Assembly (NCBI GenBank): GCA_046861395.1
Contig: JBHHUC010000012.1
Span: 1 to 43,401 of the forward strand
Length of the DNA: 43,401 nt
Reading direction: 5' to 3'
Origin: Fidelibacterota bacterium
GTDB taxonomy: Bacteria; Fidelibacterota; Marinisomatia; Marinisomatales; JABMOV01
Shown piece by piece: positions 26,481 to 36,908 of the stretch. The translations under genes were made by a program, and so were the position numbers. Positions within the stretch are counted from its first letter, which is position 1. Each line of letters starts with the position of its first letter. The notes under the pieces were generated by a model. The model searched no databases and was not told where the DNA came from. It saw only the letters and a list, made by a program, of their open reading frames with translations.

Positions 26481-28907
26481 ATGAAACACAATACACCGTT
26501 TACGGGTCTTAAATCATCACTATTGCACAGTGGTGTTCATTTTGGGATTCTCCAGTCCGCCATCTACTTTATTATTCTGTGCAACGTAACTGCTACCTTC
26601 ATTGGGTACTTCGCCATGGTTCTGGCCTGGGTAGGTGGCGTGGTTCTCAGTTTACAGGAGCGGGTTCGGCTTTCCTATAGAACATCACTATTCGTTTCCT
26701 GTGGCGCCTACTATTTTCTACTGGGACTGACCGGTTTTCTGCCTCCTTACCACGGACTCATTCCCATCATCGCACTATTGATCGGGTTGATTGCCTTTCC
26801 GGCCGGGACATTTTTTAAATATTTTGCCGGCCAGACTACACCATACCGCATCTTTTTCCATGAAAATAACGGATTTATCATTGGCAACCTTTTAGGTCTG
26901 TTATTTTTTCTGATTTTCGGAATCCGTCTGATGTACTGGGCTCCCCTCATCAGTCTGGCGCTGGTATGGCTGTCCTTGGGGGAACGGAAAACCATTCTCA
27001 CGATCCTCCCTGTTTCCGGAATAATCATGGCCGTCCTGTTAGGAAACCATATTATTACACTACTACTGGTGCTGCTGAGTGTTTATGCCCTGTGTCTGGA
27101 TCGCGTGGTAATGAAGACCGCCGTGGTCCGGAAGGACAACAAAACAGAGACATACTTTAAGCCGGAATTTGCATCGGTTGTCTTGTTTCTGGCGGGAATC
27201 AATCTGGTACTGTTACAATATATGATTACCCGTGAATTTTCCACTGTCTTGGCGGCCAGCGAATTGACCATACTGATTGTTGGGACAGCCTACTTTGTAG
27301 GATATTCCATTGGCTATGGTCTGGCCCCCCGGCTTTCATATTGGTTTCTGATTCTATTGGCAGTTGCTTCCTTCTTTTTACATTTAGTGATCATTTTTTC
27401 GATAAACATGATCAGCGGATACCTCATCCGGGCCGGCATGGGTATGACGGTTTTGATCATGTTAATTCTCCTGACCAGCTTGGTAACATCGTCCTTTTAT
27501 TCCATCCTGCTGCCGCGGGTGATTGCCCAGCAGGGGAGCCAAAGCCTGGCACGATACTACCGCATTGATCTGCTGGGGGCCGCCACGGGTGTTTTCCTCG
27601 TTATTATGGGACTGGAATATTTTCCCGCCCTTTTACCTCTGGCCTATTTCACAATACTGCTGGTGCTTATTTATATCTTAATGTCCGTTACGCCGGCGGG
27701 CCGCTGGATTGTGGTAGGCGGTGCAGTGATTATTGGCTTGCTGGTGACACATCAGGATCGGCTGCATCAATTGGCCCTGGAGGATTACTATACATCTCGG
27801 GGGTATGATTTCCCCCGAATGCTTTTTGCCGCCAATAGTTTTTATCATTCCGTTGATGTCATCGATACGTTTCATGACCGGGAACAGAGCCAGCCGAAAT
27901 CACGGGTGTCCTTCATTAATGGTGTCCGGTACTTCGATTATAAATATAATGCCCGTGGTACTTTCAGCCGTGAAACGGGGTTGAGTGAATTCACCTGGTT
28001 TCTGGCGGAATTGCCAGCCCGCTATCTCCATGAAGAGGTTAACCGACCATTGGATATATTAATTTTGGGTGGCGGGTCTCTCTATTCCCTGCGCCGGGTG
28101 GAACCCTATGCCCGTCAGGCCACTCTGGTTGAAATCGATCGCACAGTGGTCGAGTCGGCCCTGTTGTGGTGGGCTGATCTAAATCGCTTCGATCAACTGG
28201 AAAAGGTCCGAATCGTCGTTGATGATGCCAAACATTTTCTGCAGACTCGTGACGATCAATATGATTTGATTATCATGGATATTTCCGCTCCGTACTACCT
28301 GGGAACGATGCTGCTCCACAACCGCGATTTTTTTCGTCTGGTTAAAAAGCATTTGAAACCCGGCGGTATCTTTTCCGAATCCACCCAAGGTCGACCCTAT
28401 GCGGACCGTCCCGGGAGCCAGGGAATGAAAATTCTTAAAGGTGTAGCTGACGTCTTTCCCCATTATCGTGTCATAGACGGCCACTCAAAGCCCCGGGGTC
28501 GGCATGGTTTCGTCATGGCCAGCGACGCCTTCCCCTTTTCTACCCACGAAATCGTAGATATCATGAAAGATGAAGAATATTATGCCGGGACATCCACTTA
28601 CAGCGAAGGAAGTCAGCATTTTGATTTTTCTCAGACCGAAGCATTTTCTTTACTTAATATGGAAACCTTATTATCGGGGAACCAGTGGCGGATGCAGAAA
28701 CGTTTGCGATTGCGAGACCGGGATAAACGGAGTGTGGAACAATATCCCTTTCTGAACTACCGGTTGCCGATGGCTGTCAGGGAAACATTGTGCCGGCCTG
28801 GCAGTATGGTATTATTGTTCATCATTTTGACGAGTTTCATCATTCCGCTCATTGCAGTATGGCGGTGGGCAGCAGACCAGAAAGGAAATCATCATGCAGG
28901 AGAGTGA
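26481..28907 (+). CDS. Polytopic membrane protein fused to a spermidine-synthase-like (class I SAM-binding) domain
   Basis: ~430 aa of TM segments with YRIDLLGAATG; soluble domain ILILGGGS, LVEID, VDDAKHFL, YDLIIMD, HLKPGGIF; C-terminal TM helix. Confidence 0.82.
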   Translation: MKHNTPFTGLKSSLLHSGVHFGILQSAIYFIILCNVTATFIGYFAMVLAWVGGVVLSLQERVRLSYRTSLFVSCGAYYFLLGLTGFLPPYHGLIPIIALLIGLIAFPAGTFFKYFAGQTTPYRIFFHENNGFIIGNLLGLLFFLIFGIRLMYWAPLISLALVWLSLGERKTILTILPVSGIIMAVLLGNHIITLLLVLLSVYALCLDRVVMKTAVVRKDNKTETYFKPEFASVVLFLAGINLVLLQYMITREFSTVLAASELTILIVGTAYFVGYSIGYGLAPRLSYWFLILLAVASFFLHLVIIFSINMISGYLIRAGMGMTVLIMLILLTSLVTSSFYSILLPRVIAQQGSQSLARYYRIDLLGAATGVFLVIMGLEYFPALLPLAYFTILLVLIYILMSVTPAGRWIVVGGAVIIGLLVTHQDRLHQLALEDYYTSRGYDFPRMLFAANSFYHSVDVIDTFHDREQSQPKSRVSFINGVRYFDYKYNARGTFSRETGLSEFTWFLAELPARYLHEEVNRPLDILILGGGSLYSLRRVEPYARQATLVEIDRTVVESALLWWADLNRFDQLEKVRIVVDDAKHFLQTRDDQYDLIIMDISAPYYLGTMLLHNRDFFRLVKKHLKPGGIFSESTQGRPYADRPGSQGMKILKGVADVFPHYRVIDGHSKPRGRHGFVMASDAFPFSTHEIVDIMKDEEYYAGTSTYSEGSQHFDFSQTEAFSLLNMETLLSGNQWRMQKRLRLRDRDKRSVEQYPFLNYRLPMAVRETLCRPGSMVLLFIILTSFIIPLIAVWRWAADQKGNHHAGE

Positions 28908-28909
28908 AA

Positions 28910-29755
28910 ATGAGTAAAACAATTGTTATCACCGGAGCCACGGACGGGATTGGAAAACAGGCCGCCTTGCGACTGGCGGCTGATGGTCACCGGCTATTGT
29001 TGATAGGACGTAATCCGGTCAAGGGAAAACAGGTTGCGGCTGAGATTCAGTCCCAAACGGGAAATAGTGACCTGAAATTTTACCCTGCAGACCTTTCCCT
29101 CATGAAGGAGATCAAAACCGTATGTGACGTCATCAAAACCGATCTTAATTCTCTGGATGTACTATTAAACAATGCAGGTGCTTTTTTCAATTCCTATGCC
29201 ACAACCGGCGAAGGATTGGAACGAACCTTTGCCCTGAACCACATGAATTATTTCTTCATGACACAAAATCTTCTGCCACTCTTGCGTCAGGCAAATTCCG
29301 CCCGGATCGTGAATGTATCGTCCGATGCACACAAGGGAAATACCCTGGACTGGGAGAATATCCAGGGTGAAAAGGAATATTCCGGCTGGAAAGCCTACGG
29401 ACGATCAAAACTCATGAATATCCTATTTACCTATGCTCTGGCGCGGCGTTTGTCTGATACGGCGATCACAGTGAATTGTCTTCATCCCGGATTTGTAAAA
29501 ACACGATTTGGTGATAATAATACCGGTTTTATGCGGTGGCTGATCGGCGCGGCCAAAGCCCTGATGGCCATCAATAAGGAAAAAGGAAGTGACACTAGCG
29601 TCTATCTGGCGGTTGATCCGGAAGTGGCAAATGTGACAGGAAAATACTTTGTCAAATGTAAAGCCGTATCCAGCAGTCCGGTTTCTTACGATACGGCGGA
29701 TCAGGAACGATTATGGCAACTGAGTGAGAAAGTTTTGAATCGTTTGGCCCTCTAG
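28910..29755 (+). CDS. Classical SDR oxidoreductase (retinol-dehydrogenase-like)
   Basis: TGATDGIG, NNAG, VSS, YGRSK, HPGFVKT; start set to ATG 28910 after AGGAG. Confidence 0.92.
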   Translation: MSKTIVITGATDGIGKQAALRLAADGHRLLLIGRNPVKGKQVAAEIQSQTGNSDLKFYPADLSLMKEIKTVCDVIKTDLNSLDVLLNNAGAFFNSYATTGEGLERTFALNHMNYFFMTQNLLPLLRQANSARIVNVSSDAHKGNTLDWENIQGEKEYSGWKAYGRSKLMNILFTYALARRLSDTAITVNCLHPGFVKTRFGDNNTGFMRWLIGAAKALMAINKEKGSDTSVYLAVDPEVANVTGKYFVKCKAVSSSPVSYDTADQERLWQLSEKVLNRLAL

Positions 29756-29830
29756 GGGCGGAATCTCGCGTTTGGTTTTTCCTGCCCCCGTTCCGAAATT
29801 CCCGCCCCAAATTTTCGACCTGAATACTTC

Positions 29831-31141
29831 ATGAGCACCCAACCCAAAACCATTGCCTTTCACACCATCGGCTGCAAGCTGAACTATGCCGAGACGGCCA
29901 CCCTGGCCCGCGATTTCGCCGAACGTGGTTTTTCGGTCTTACCTCCGCAGGCCGAAGCTGACATCTATGTCGTGAATACCTGTTCCGTCACGGAAAATGC
30001 CAACCGGGATTGTCGGAAATTCGTTCGCCGGGTCCGGCGACAAAACCCTGCCGCTACGATTGCCCTGGTGGGGTGCTACGCTCAATTGCAACCGGAACGC
30101 CTGCAACAGACTACAGGTGCCGATATCGTGCTGGGGACTGTGGAAAAATTCCAATTACTGGATGCCCTGGATTCCCTGGACAGCAGCCGGAAACCGGTGA
30201 TTTTAAGGGAAAGTATCGACCGGGCAGAAACATTCACGGCCTCATATTCAGCCGCAGAACGAACACGGGTATTTCTGAAAATTCAGGACGGTTGTGACTA
30301 TCCCTGTACCTATTGTACGATTCCCCTGGCCCGAGGAAAAAGTAGGAGCGATACGATTAAAGGCGTTCTTTCCCATGCCAAAACCATTACCGCCAACGGA
30401 GCCCGGGAAATCGTTTTAACTGGAGTGAATATCGGCGATTTCGGAGCTGGGGATACCGGTGAAACATTTTACGATCTTGTACTGGCCCTGGAAGATCAGA
30501 TTGCGGTGGACCGCATCAGGATTTCTTCCATTGAACCCAATCTGCTAGAGGACCGTATTATGGATGCCATACAACAATCCGAAAAATTTGTACCTCATTT
30601 CCATATACCCTTACAATCCGGCTCCGATAAAATCCTGAACGCCATGAAACGGCGTTATAACCGGGAACTGTACCAGGACCGGGTGAACGCCATCCGATCC
30701 CGGTTACCGGATGCCTGTATCGGCGGTGATGTGATTGTCGGGTTTCCCGGTGAGACGGCAGAAGACTTTGAGGATACATATCAATTTATTATGGATCTTG
30801 ACATATCGTATCTCCATGTTTTTTCCTATTCCGACCGACCGCAAACACCAGCTGCCACCTATAACGGGGCCGTCCCGCCGGCAGAGCGTATGCAACGGAG
30901 TAAACGGTTGCGCATTTTATCCGATAAAAAGCGCTCCCTGTTTCACGATAAATTTGTGGACACCCAACGCCAGGTTCTGTTCGAAGCCGTGAAAGGGCAA
31001 TATGTAACAGGCCACACTGATAATTACATCCTGGTGCAGGTTCCCTCCTCGCCCAATCATATCAACACCATCCATCCTGTTAAACTGACGGCCAATCAGG
31101 GACGGCACATGATGGGAGAAATGGCGACAACGACGCCATGA
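29831..31141 (+). CDS. mtaB: tRNA t6A37 methylthiotransferase MtaB
   Basis: UPF0004 domain (TIGCKLNYAE, NTCSVT, GCYAQ); radical-SAM KIQDGCDYPCTYC; RISSIEP; LHVFSYS; TRAM-like C-terminus. Confidence 0.9.
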   Translation: MSTQPKTIAFHTIGCKLNYAETATLARDFAERGFSVLPPQAEADIYVVNTCSVTENANRDCRKFVRRVRRQNPAATIALVGCYAQLQPERLQQTTGADIVLGTVEKFQLLDALDSLDSSRKPVILRESIDRAETFTASYSAAERTRVFLKIQDGCDYPCTYCTIPLARGKSRSDTIKGVLSHAKTITANGAREIVLTGVNIGDFGAGDTGETFYDLVLALEDQIAVDRIRISSIEPNLLEDRIMDAIQQSEKFVPHFHIPLQSGSDKILNAMKRRYNRELYQDRVNAIRSRLPDACIGGDVIVGFPGETAEDFEDTYQFIMDLDISYLHVFSYSDRPQTPAATYNGAVPPAERMQRSKRLRILSDKKRSLFHDKFVDTQRQVLFEAVKGQYVTGHTDNYILVQVPSSPNHINTIHPVKLTANQGRHMMGEMATTTP

Positions 31142-33027
31142 TCCGGTTTGAAGCGGTCTATAAATCCTTTCCAGATAAAGTCCTGCTGGAAAATATTACC
31201 CTCTCGATTCGCCCGGGAATGCGCATCGGGCTGGTCGGGGCTAACGGAACCGGAAAAACCACACTTCTGCGACTGATTCTGGGATTGGACCAGCCGGACA
31301 GTGGCAATATCCTGTTGGACAAGGGTCAGCAATTGGGGTATTTGCCGCAGGAAATCGTTTCCGGCAGTGAGCGGACCATTGTGCAGGAAGTTTTGGCTAG
31401 CTGGCCGGAGGTGGCGGACCTGGAAGAGAAATTGCATGTATTGAATGAACGGATCGCCAGAGAACCTGATAATACATCTGTATTACAGGAATTGGGTCGA
31501 CTGCAACAGGCCTTTGAAACCAAGGATGGCTGGCGACTGGAAGAGAAGGCCAGGAAATATCTCAGTGGCCTGGCATTTACGGAACGTCAGTTTCATGCCT
31601 CTCTGTCCACCTTCAGCGGCGGGTGGCGTATGCGAGTTGCCCTGGCAGGGATTCTCCTGAGGCAACCAGATTTCCTGTTGCTTGACGAACCCACGAATCA
31701 CCTGGACCTGGAAGCCACCATCTGGCTGGAAGGTTTTTTACAATCCTGGAAGGGCGGCATCATTCTGATCAGTCATGACCGTGCTTTTCTGGATCAGTCT
31801 GTGACCCATATTCTGGAACTGGAAGGAGGCACGGCTACCCTGTATACCGGGAATTACACTTCATTTGTTGAACAGAAAAACCTGCGCCGGGAGCAACAAC
31901 TGGCCACCTGGAAAAATCAGCAACGAAAAATCAAAGACACAGAACGGTTCATAGAACGATTTCGCTATAAAAACACCAAAGCCAGCCAGGTTCAGAGCCG
32001 GATAAAAATGCTGGAAAAAATGGACAAGGTGGATTCTCCCGATCGTGGAATGACAACCATGTCGGCCCGCATTCCTCAACCCGAGCGTGGTCCTCTAAAG
32101 GTTGTTACGCTTCGTCATGCTCATAAAGCCTATGGGAAAACAGTAGTATATACAGATTTATCCCTCTCCATTGAACGGGGCGAAAAAGTAGGCCTGGTGG
32201 GGCCCAACGGTTCCGGGAAATCGACCTTACTGAAACTGCTGGCGGGTGTTGAGAAACCAACCGGGGGAAACATTGATTATGGTCCCTCAATCAGGCGAGC
32301 ATATTTCGCCCAGCACCAATTGGAAGTCCTGGATATGGAAAAAACGGTGTTTGATACCATCGCTTCCATTTCCCGCGGCTGGTCGAATCAGGAAACCCGT
32401 ACCTATCTGGGCGGATTTTTATTTACCGGACTAACGGTGGATAAAAAGGTGAAAGTCCTCTCCGGTGGGGAGAAATCTAGGCTGGCCCTGGCTCGGATGC
32501 TGGTGGAACCATCTCACTTACTCCTGCTGGATGAGCCCACGAACCACCTCGATATGGTTTCCCGTCAGGTCATTACAGAAGCGTTGAAACAGTTTGCCGG
32601 CACCGTGGTCTGTATTTCACATGACCGCTTTTTTCTGAATGAAGTAACGAATAAAACATTGGAAATTGTTTCCGGGGGTGTTTCCACTTATACCGGGAAT
32701 TATGATTATTACCGTTGGAAGAAGGATCGGGGGGAAAAGGTGGAACGGCAGACGTCAGTCAAGCCGAAAAATCATTCAGCTTCGATACGGGAAAAAACGT
32801 CCTATCGTGACCTGCGCCGCCGCCGCAATCGTCTGCAGAAGGTGGAACGACTGATTAATGAATTGGAAACCCGGCTGGAGACAGTGGTCCGCGAATTGAG
32901 TGTAACGGAGATTGCATCAGATTTTGACCGCCTCCAGGCTAAGATGGAAGAACAGCAAAAGCTGGAATCCGACTATCTTGCTCTTTTGGAAGAACAGGAG
33001 GCGCTGATGGAGGAATTAAAGACTTAA
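31138..33027 (+). CDS. ABC-F family ATPase (YheS/YdiF/Uup-like)
   Basis: Two ABC domains ([44 protein letters not shown]), no TM segments, C-terminal coiled coil. Confidence 0.93.
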   Translation: MIRFEAVYKSFPDKVLLENITLSIRPGMRIGLVGANGTGKTTLLRLILGLDQPDSGNILLDKGQQLGYLPQEIVSGSERTIVQEVLASWPEVADLEEKLHVLNERIAREPDNTSVLQELGRLQQAFETKDGWRLEEKARKYLSGLAFTERQFHASLSTFSGGWRMRVALAGILLRQPDFLLLDEPTNHLDLEATIWLEGFLQSWKGGIILISHDRAFLDQSVTHILELEGGTATLYTGNYTSFVEQKNLRREQQLATWKNQQRKIKDTERFIERFRYKNTKASQVQSRIKMLEKMDKVDSPDRGMTTMSARIPQPERGPLKVVTLRHAHKAYGKTVVYTDLSLSIERGEKVGLVGPNGSGKSTLLKLLAGVEKPTGGNIDYGPSIRRAYFAQHQLEVLDMEKTVFDTIASISRGWSNQETRTYLGGFLFTGLTVDKKVKVLSGGEKSRLALARMLVEPSHLLLLDEPTNHLDMVSRQVITEALKQFAGTVVCISHDRFFLNEVTNKTLEIVSGGVSTYTGNYDYYRWKKDRGEKVERQTSVKPKNHSASIREKTSYRDLRRRRNRLQKVERLINELETRLETVVRELSVTEIASDFDRLQAKMEEQQKLESDYLALLEEQEALMEELKT

Positions 33028-35849
33028 TTGGTACGATAGGTATCGACCGGAGGACAGCTGCACACCAGGTTTCGGTCCCCGTAGGCATTATTTACCCGAC
33101 CTACCACTGGCCAGAATTTGAATTGTGTTAAGGCTGGAACAGGATAAGCCGCCTGTTCCCGGCTATAGGGATGGGACCAGGTATCGGCTGTAACCATGGC
33201 GGCAGTATGAGGAGCATTTTTTAACGGATTATCTTTCTGGTCCAGCTTGCCAGCCTTGACCTGAAGTATTTCATTCCTGATAGCGATCATGGCATCGCAG
33301 AACCGATCCAATTCGGCCTTGGATTCGCTTTCAGTAGGTTCGATCATCAGTGTCCCCGGCACCGGAAAGGACATGGTGGGAGCATGGAAGCCATAATCCA
33401 TGAGTCGTTTGGCCACATCCTCCTCCGTAATACCCGTTTCTTTCTTAAACGGTCGTAAATCCACAATGAATTCATGGGCGACGCGGCCGTTTTCTCCGGT
33501 ATATAAAATGGGAAAGTATTCCTGTAGACGTGCCGCCATATAATTGGCATTCAAAATGGCCATTGCCGAGGCCTCTGTCAGGCCCTCGCCACCCATGAGA
33601 GCAATGTACATCCACGAGATGGCCAGAATGCTGGCACTGCCCCAGGGAGCCGCGGCCACTGCCGTCATGGCCTGGTCGCCACCGACTCGCACGACGGGAT
33701 GTCCGGGAAGAAACGGGGCCAGTGTTTCCGTCGTACATATTGGGCCCATCCCGGGGCCACCCCCACCGTGGGGAATGGCAAATGTTTTATGCAGGTTAAT
33801 ATGCATGATATCGGCTCCGAAGGCTGCTGGCTCGCAAAGTCCGACCATGGCATTGAGGTTCGCCCCATCCAGATAGACCAGGCCGCCATGTTCATGAATG
33901 ATCTGACAGGCCTCGCGTATGCCAGGCTCAAACACTCCGTGCGTGGAAGGATAGGTTACCATGAACGCCGCCAGCCGGTTGGCATATTTACCGGCTTTGG
34001 AACGAAGGTCTTCAAGATCAATATTTCCCCCATCATCACAGGCGACGATAACCACTTCCATCCCGGCCATGGTGGCGCTGGCCGGATTGGTTCCGTGAGC
34101 TGAAGCCGGAATCAGGCAGATCCGGCGGTTGCCATTATCCTGGGCCCGGTGGCAGGCCCGGATGACCATAAGACCGGAATATTCACCCTGAGCCCCGGAA
34201 TTAGGTTGGAGGCTGACGGCCGAAAAACCGGTGATTTCCGACAGCCAATGTTCCAGTTGGCGAATCATGATGTGGTAGCCTTCGGCCTGGGACCGGGGGA
34301 TGAAAGGATGCAAATCGGAAAATTCCGGCCACATAATGGGTATCATTTCCGATGTGGCATTCAATTTCATAGTACAGGAACCTAGGGGAATCATGCTGGT
34401 GGTGAGAGACAAGTCCTTCATCTCCAGGCGCCGGATATAGCGAAGCATTTCCGTTTCTGTATGATAAGAATTGAAAACCGGATGTATTAAAAAGGAAGAT
34501 GTACGCTGGAGTGATTCCGGATAATCCTGTTCTTCGGGGAATGTGAAACGGGAAATATTAAAAAGATCCAGGAGGGCCTGCAGTTTCGTCGCATCAATGG
34601 ATTCACCCAGGCTGATTCCCACCGAATCTTCGGAATAGGCCAGGTTGATACTGGCTGCTTCGGCTTTTTGCCGTAACATCGCAATACTCAGTCCCACCGG
34701 TCGAATGTGGAGCGTATCAAAGAATTCCCCGTTTAATACGGTGTGGCCGTTTTTTTTCAGAGCCTGGGCCAGGGCGAACGTATGGCGCCGGATATGGCGG
34801 GCAATATCCTTTAGGCCTTGTGGTCCGTGATAAACGGCATACATGCCGGCCATGATGGCCAGAAGAACCTGGGCCGTGCAAATGTTGGAGGTGGCTTTTT
34901 CCCGCCGGATATGTTGCTCCCGGGTTTGCAGCGCCATGCGCAATGCCGGCTGTCCCTGGGAATCGATACTGACGCCAATAATGCGTCCCGGCAGACGGCG
35001 ACGAAAGGCATCGCGAGTGGCGAAATAAGCGGCATGGGGTCCGCCGTAGCCCAGGGGAACACCGAATCGTTGAGACGTACCCACGGCCACATCGGCACCA
35101 AATTCACCCGGCGGAACCAAGAGGGTCAGGGCCAGTAGATCCGCGGCCACCACCACATGGCCTCCGGCAGTGTGAACCCGATGACAGAGATCACGGTAAT
35201 CGGAGATGTCACCGTGGCGATTCGGGTATTGGACCAGAACACCGAAAAATGTATCATCAATATTGTCAGTCAGAGCGGAACCGAAAACCAATTCGATGTC
35301 CAGCGGATTGGCCCGGGTTTGCAGGACGGCTGCGGTTTGGGAGAATACGCCATGATCCACAAAAAACTTTTTCCGACGGCTGCGCTGAGCCTGGTACAGC
35401 ATATTCATGGCTTCGGCTGCGGCAGTGGCTTCATCCAGCAGAGAGGCGTTGGCAATATCCAATGCGGTCAAATCGATCACCATCGTCTGGAAATTGAGCA
35501 ACGCTTCCAGTCGTCCCTGGGAAATTTCCGCCTGATACGGTGTGTATTGCGTGTACCAGCCAGGGTTTTCCTGTATATTACGCCGGATGACGCCGGGTAG
35601 AATCGTATCATAGAATCCTTGGCCGATGTAGGTGTCCAAGACCTTATTTTTCCCTGCAATGTCATGCAACTCCCTCAGGGCACGGTGTTCAGGAACGGCG
35701 GGCCAGTTCAAGGGATGAGATCGGCGAATCGCATCCGGAACGGTTTCATTGATCAGGTCATCCAGCGAAGCACAACCGATAGTGTTCAGCATGTGGGAAA
35801 TCATGTCGGAATCGGACCCGATATGGCGATGATAAAAGGATTTACTCAT
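33024..35849 (-). CDS. gcvP: Glycine dehydrogenase (decarboxylating), single-chain P protein
   Basis: [42 protein letters not shown] (PLP lysine), EPTESE; start set to ATG 35849. Confidence 0.97.
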   Translation of the reverse strand: MSKSFYHRHIGSDSDMISHMLNTIGCASLDDLINETVPDAIRRSHPLNWPAVPEHRALRELHDIAGKNKVLDTYIGQGFYDTILPGVIRRNIQENPGWYTQYTPYQAEISQGRLEALLNFQTMVIDLTALDIANASLLDEATAAAEAMNMLYQAQRSRRKKFFVDHGVFSQTAAVLQTRANPLDIELVFGSALTDNIDDTFFGVLVQYPNRHGDISDYRDLCHRVHTAGGHVVVAADLLALTLLVPPGEFGADVAVGTSQRFGVPLGYGGPHAAYFATRDAFRRRLPGRIIGVSIDSQGQPALRMALQTREQHIRREKATSNICTAQVLLAIMAGMYAVYHGPQGLKDIARHIRRHTFALAQALKKNGHTVLNGEFFDTLHIRPVGLSIAMLRQKAEAASINLAYSEDSVGISLGESIDATKLQALLDLFNISRFTFPEEQDYPESLQRTSSFLIHPVFNSYHTETEMLRYIRRLEMKDLSLTTSMIPLGSCTMKLNATSEMIPIMWPEFSDLHPFIPRSQAEGYHIMIRQLEHWLSEITGFSAVSLQPNSGAQGEYSGLMVIRACHRAQDNGNRRICLIPASAHGTNPASATMAGMEVVIVACDDGGNIDLEDLRSKAGKYANRLAAFMVTYPSTHGVFEPGIREACQIIHEHGGLVYLDGANLNAMVGLCEPAAFGADIMHINLHKTFAIPHGGGGPGMGPICTTETLAPFLPGHPVVRVGGDQAMTAVAAAPWGSASILAISWMYIALMGGEGLTEASAMAILNANYMAARLQEYFPILYTGENGRVAHEFIVDLRPFKKETGITEEDVAKRLMDYGFHAPTMSFPVPGTLMIEPTESESKAELDRFCDAMIAIRNEILQVKAGKLDQKDNPLKNAPHTAAMVTADTWSHPYSREQAAYPVPALTQFKFWPVVGRVNNAYGDRNLVCSCPPVDTYRTN

Positions 35850-36011
35850 AATGGCCGGAAGTTTGATTGAAAAATGAAGTAAGATCAGGTAAAAATTTAA
35901 CGGTGACACACCCTGCAGCGGAATGGATTAAATTATTCCTGATTTCTTTCGTACCCTGCAGCAGGTTTCAGTAAATTTAGCAAACATATATCTGGGGGTA
36001 AAGGAAACACT

Positions 36012-36908
36012 ATGAAAGAACATATTGTTGTTATTGATGATGATAAGAATTCTGTGAATCAGATGATCCATATCCTGAAGAGCGAAGGATATACAGTATC
36101 TGAGGTAACAGAGGGCGATGATATATCAGAATTACTGGAACAGATATTCAATTTATCGCCTGATTTAATCCTGTCGGATATTTCCATGTCTCCCAATGGG
36201 TTTGATTTCTTGACGGCAGTGAAACAGGATGCCCGCCTGCGGATTATTCCCTTCATCTTTGTGACCGGCGTGGGTGAAAGCAGGGATGAAATCAAGGCCT
36301 ATTCCCAGGGTGCGGATAATTATATCACCAAACCCATTGATAAGGATGAAATCCTGGCAAAAGTCTTCTCGGTGCTGGAACGGCAGCGCGATATGAGTAC
36401 TGCCATGTATCTGGATCCCCTGACGGGGATATACAACCGTCGCTATTTCAACCAGGAACTGATTCGCCAGTTACGCCTGCATAAACGACACGGCGATGAA
36501 TTAACCCTGTGCATTATCGACTTGGATCATTTTAAAAATGTCAACGATAAATACGGCCACTCAGCCGGTGATACCTGTCTGGTGGCCTTTACCAAATTGG
36601 TGAATGATGAAATCCGTAGTACCGACATCTTTGCCCGCTGGGGCGGAGAGGAATTCGTCCTGATTCTGGAACGTGCCAAGTTGGAAGGGTCGGAACGCAC
36701 ATTGAATAAAATCCTGGATACGGTAAAATCGAAACCGCTGTTCCATTATGCCGACGAGGATATCAACATTACCTTTAGTGCCGGCCTGGCGCAATTTCCC
36801 ATGCATGCCACGGAACCGCTGGACCTAATCAACGCCGCCGATCAGGCCGTCTATGACGCAAAGCGGGCTGGGCGCTGTCAAGTAAAAATCTACAATCCGG
36901 ATCAGTAA
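36012..36908 (+). CDS. Response-regulator diguanylate cyclase (REC-GGDEF)
   Basis: REC domain (VIDDD, LSDISM, TKP); DPLTGIYNRR, DLDHFKNVND, RSTD I-site, WGGEEF active site. Confidence 0.93.
   Translation: MKEHIVVIDDDKNSVNQMIHILKSEGYTVSEVTEGDDISELLEQIFNLSPDLILSDISMSPNGFDFLTAVKQDARLRIIPFIFVTGVGESRDEIKAYSQGADNYITKPIDKDEILAKVFSVLERQRDMSTAMYLDPLTGIYNRRYFNQELIRQLRLHKRHGDELTLCIIDLDHFKNVNDKYGHSAGDTCLVAFTKLVNDEIRSTDIFARWGGEEFVLILERAKLEGSERTLNKILDTVKSKPLFHYADEDINITFSAGLAQFPMHATEPLDLINAADQAVYDAKRAGRCQVKIYNPDQ

Noticed and set aside
35850..36011. Glycine riboswitch upstream of gcvP
   Set aside because: The conserved GGAGA...CCGAAG...CTCTCAGG elements were not found on the minus strand.
33024..36908. 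Convergent stop-codon overlaps (33024-33027 and 36902-36908) as antisense regulation
   Set aside because: Overlaps of 4-7 nt between convergent genes are common in compact genomes; nothing else supports a regulatory role.
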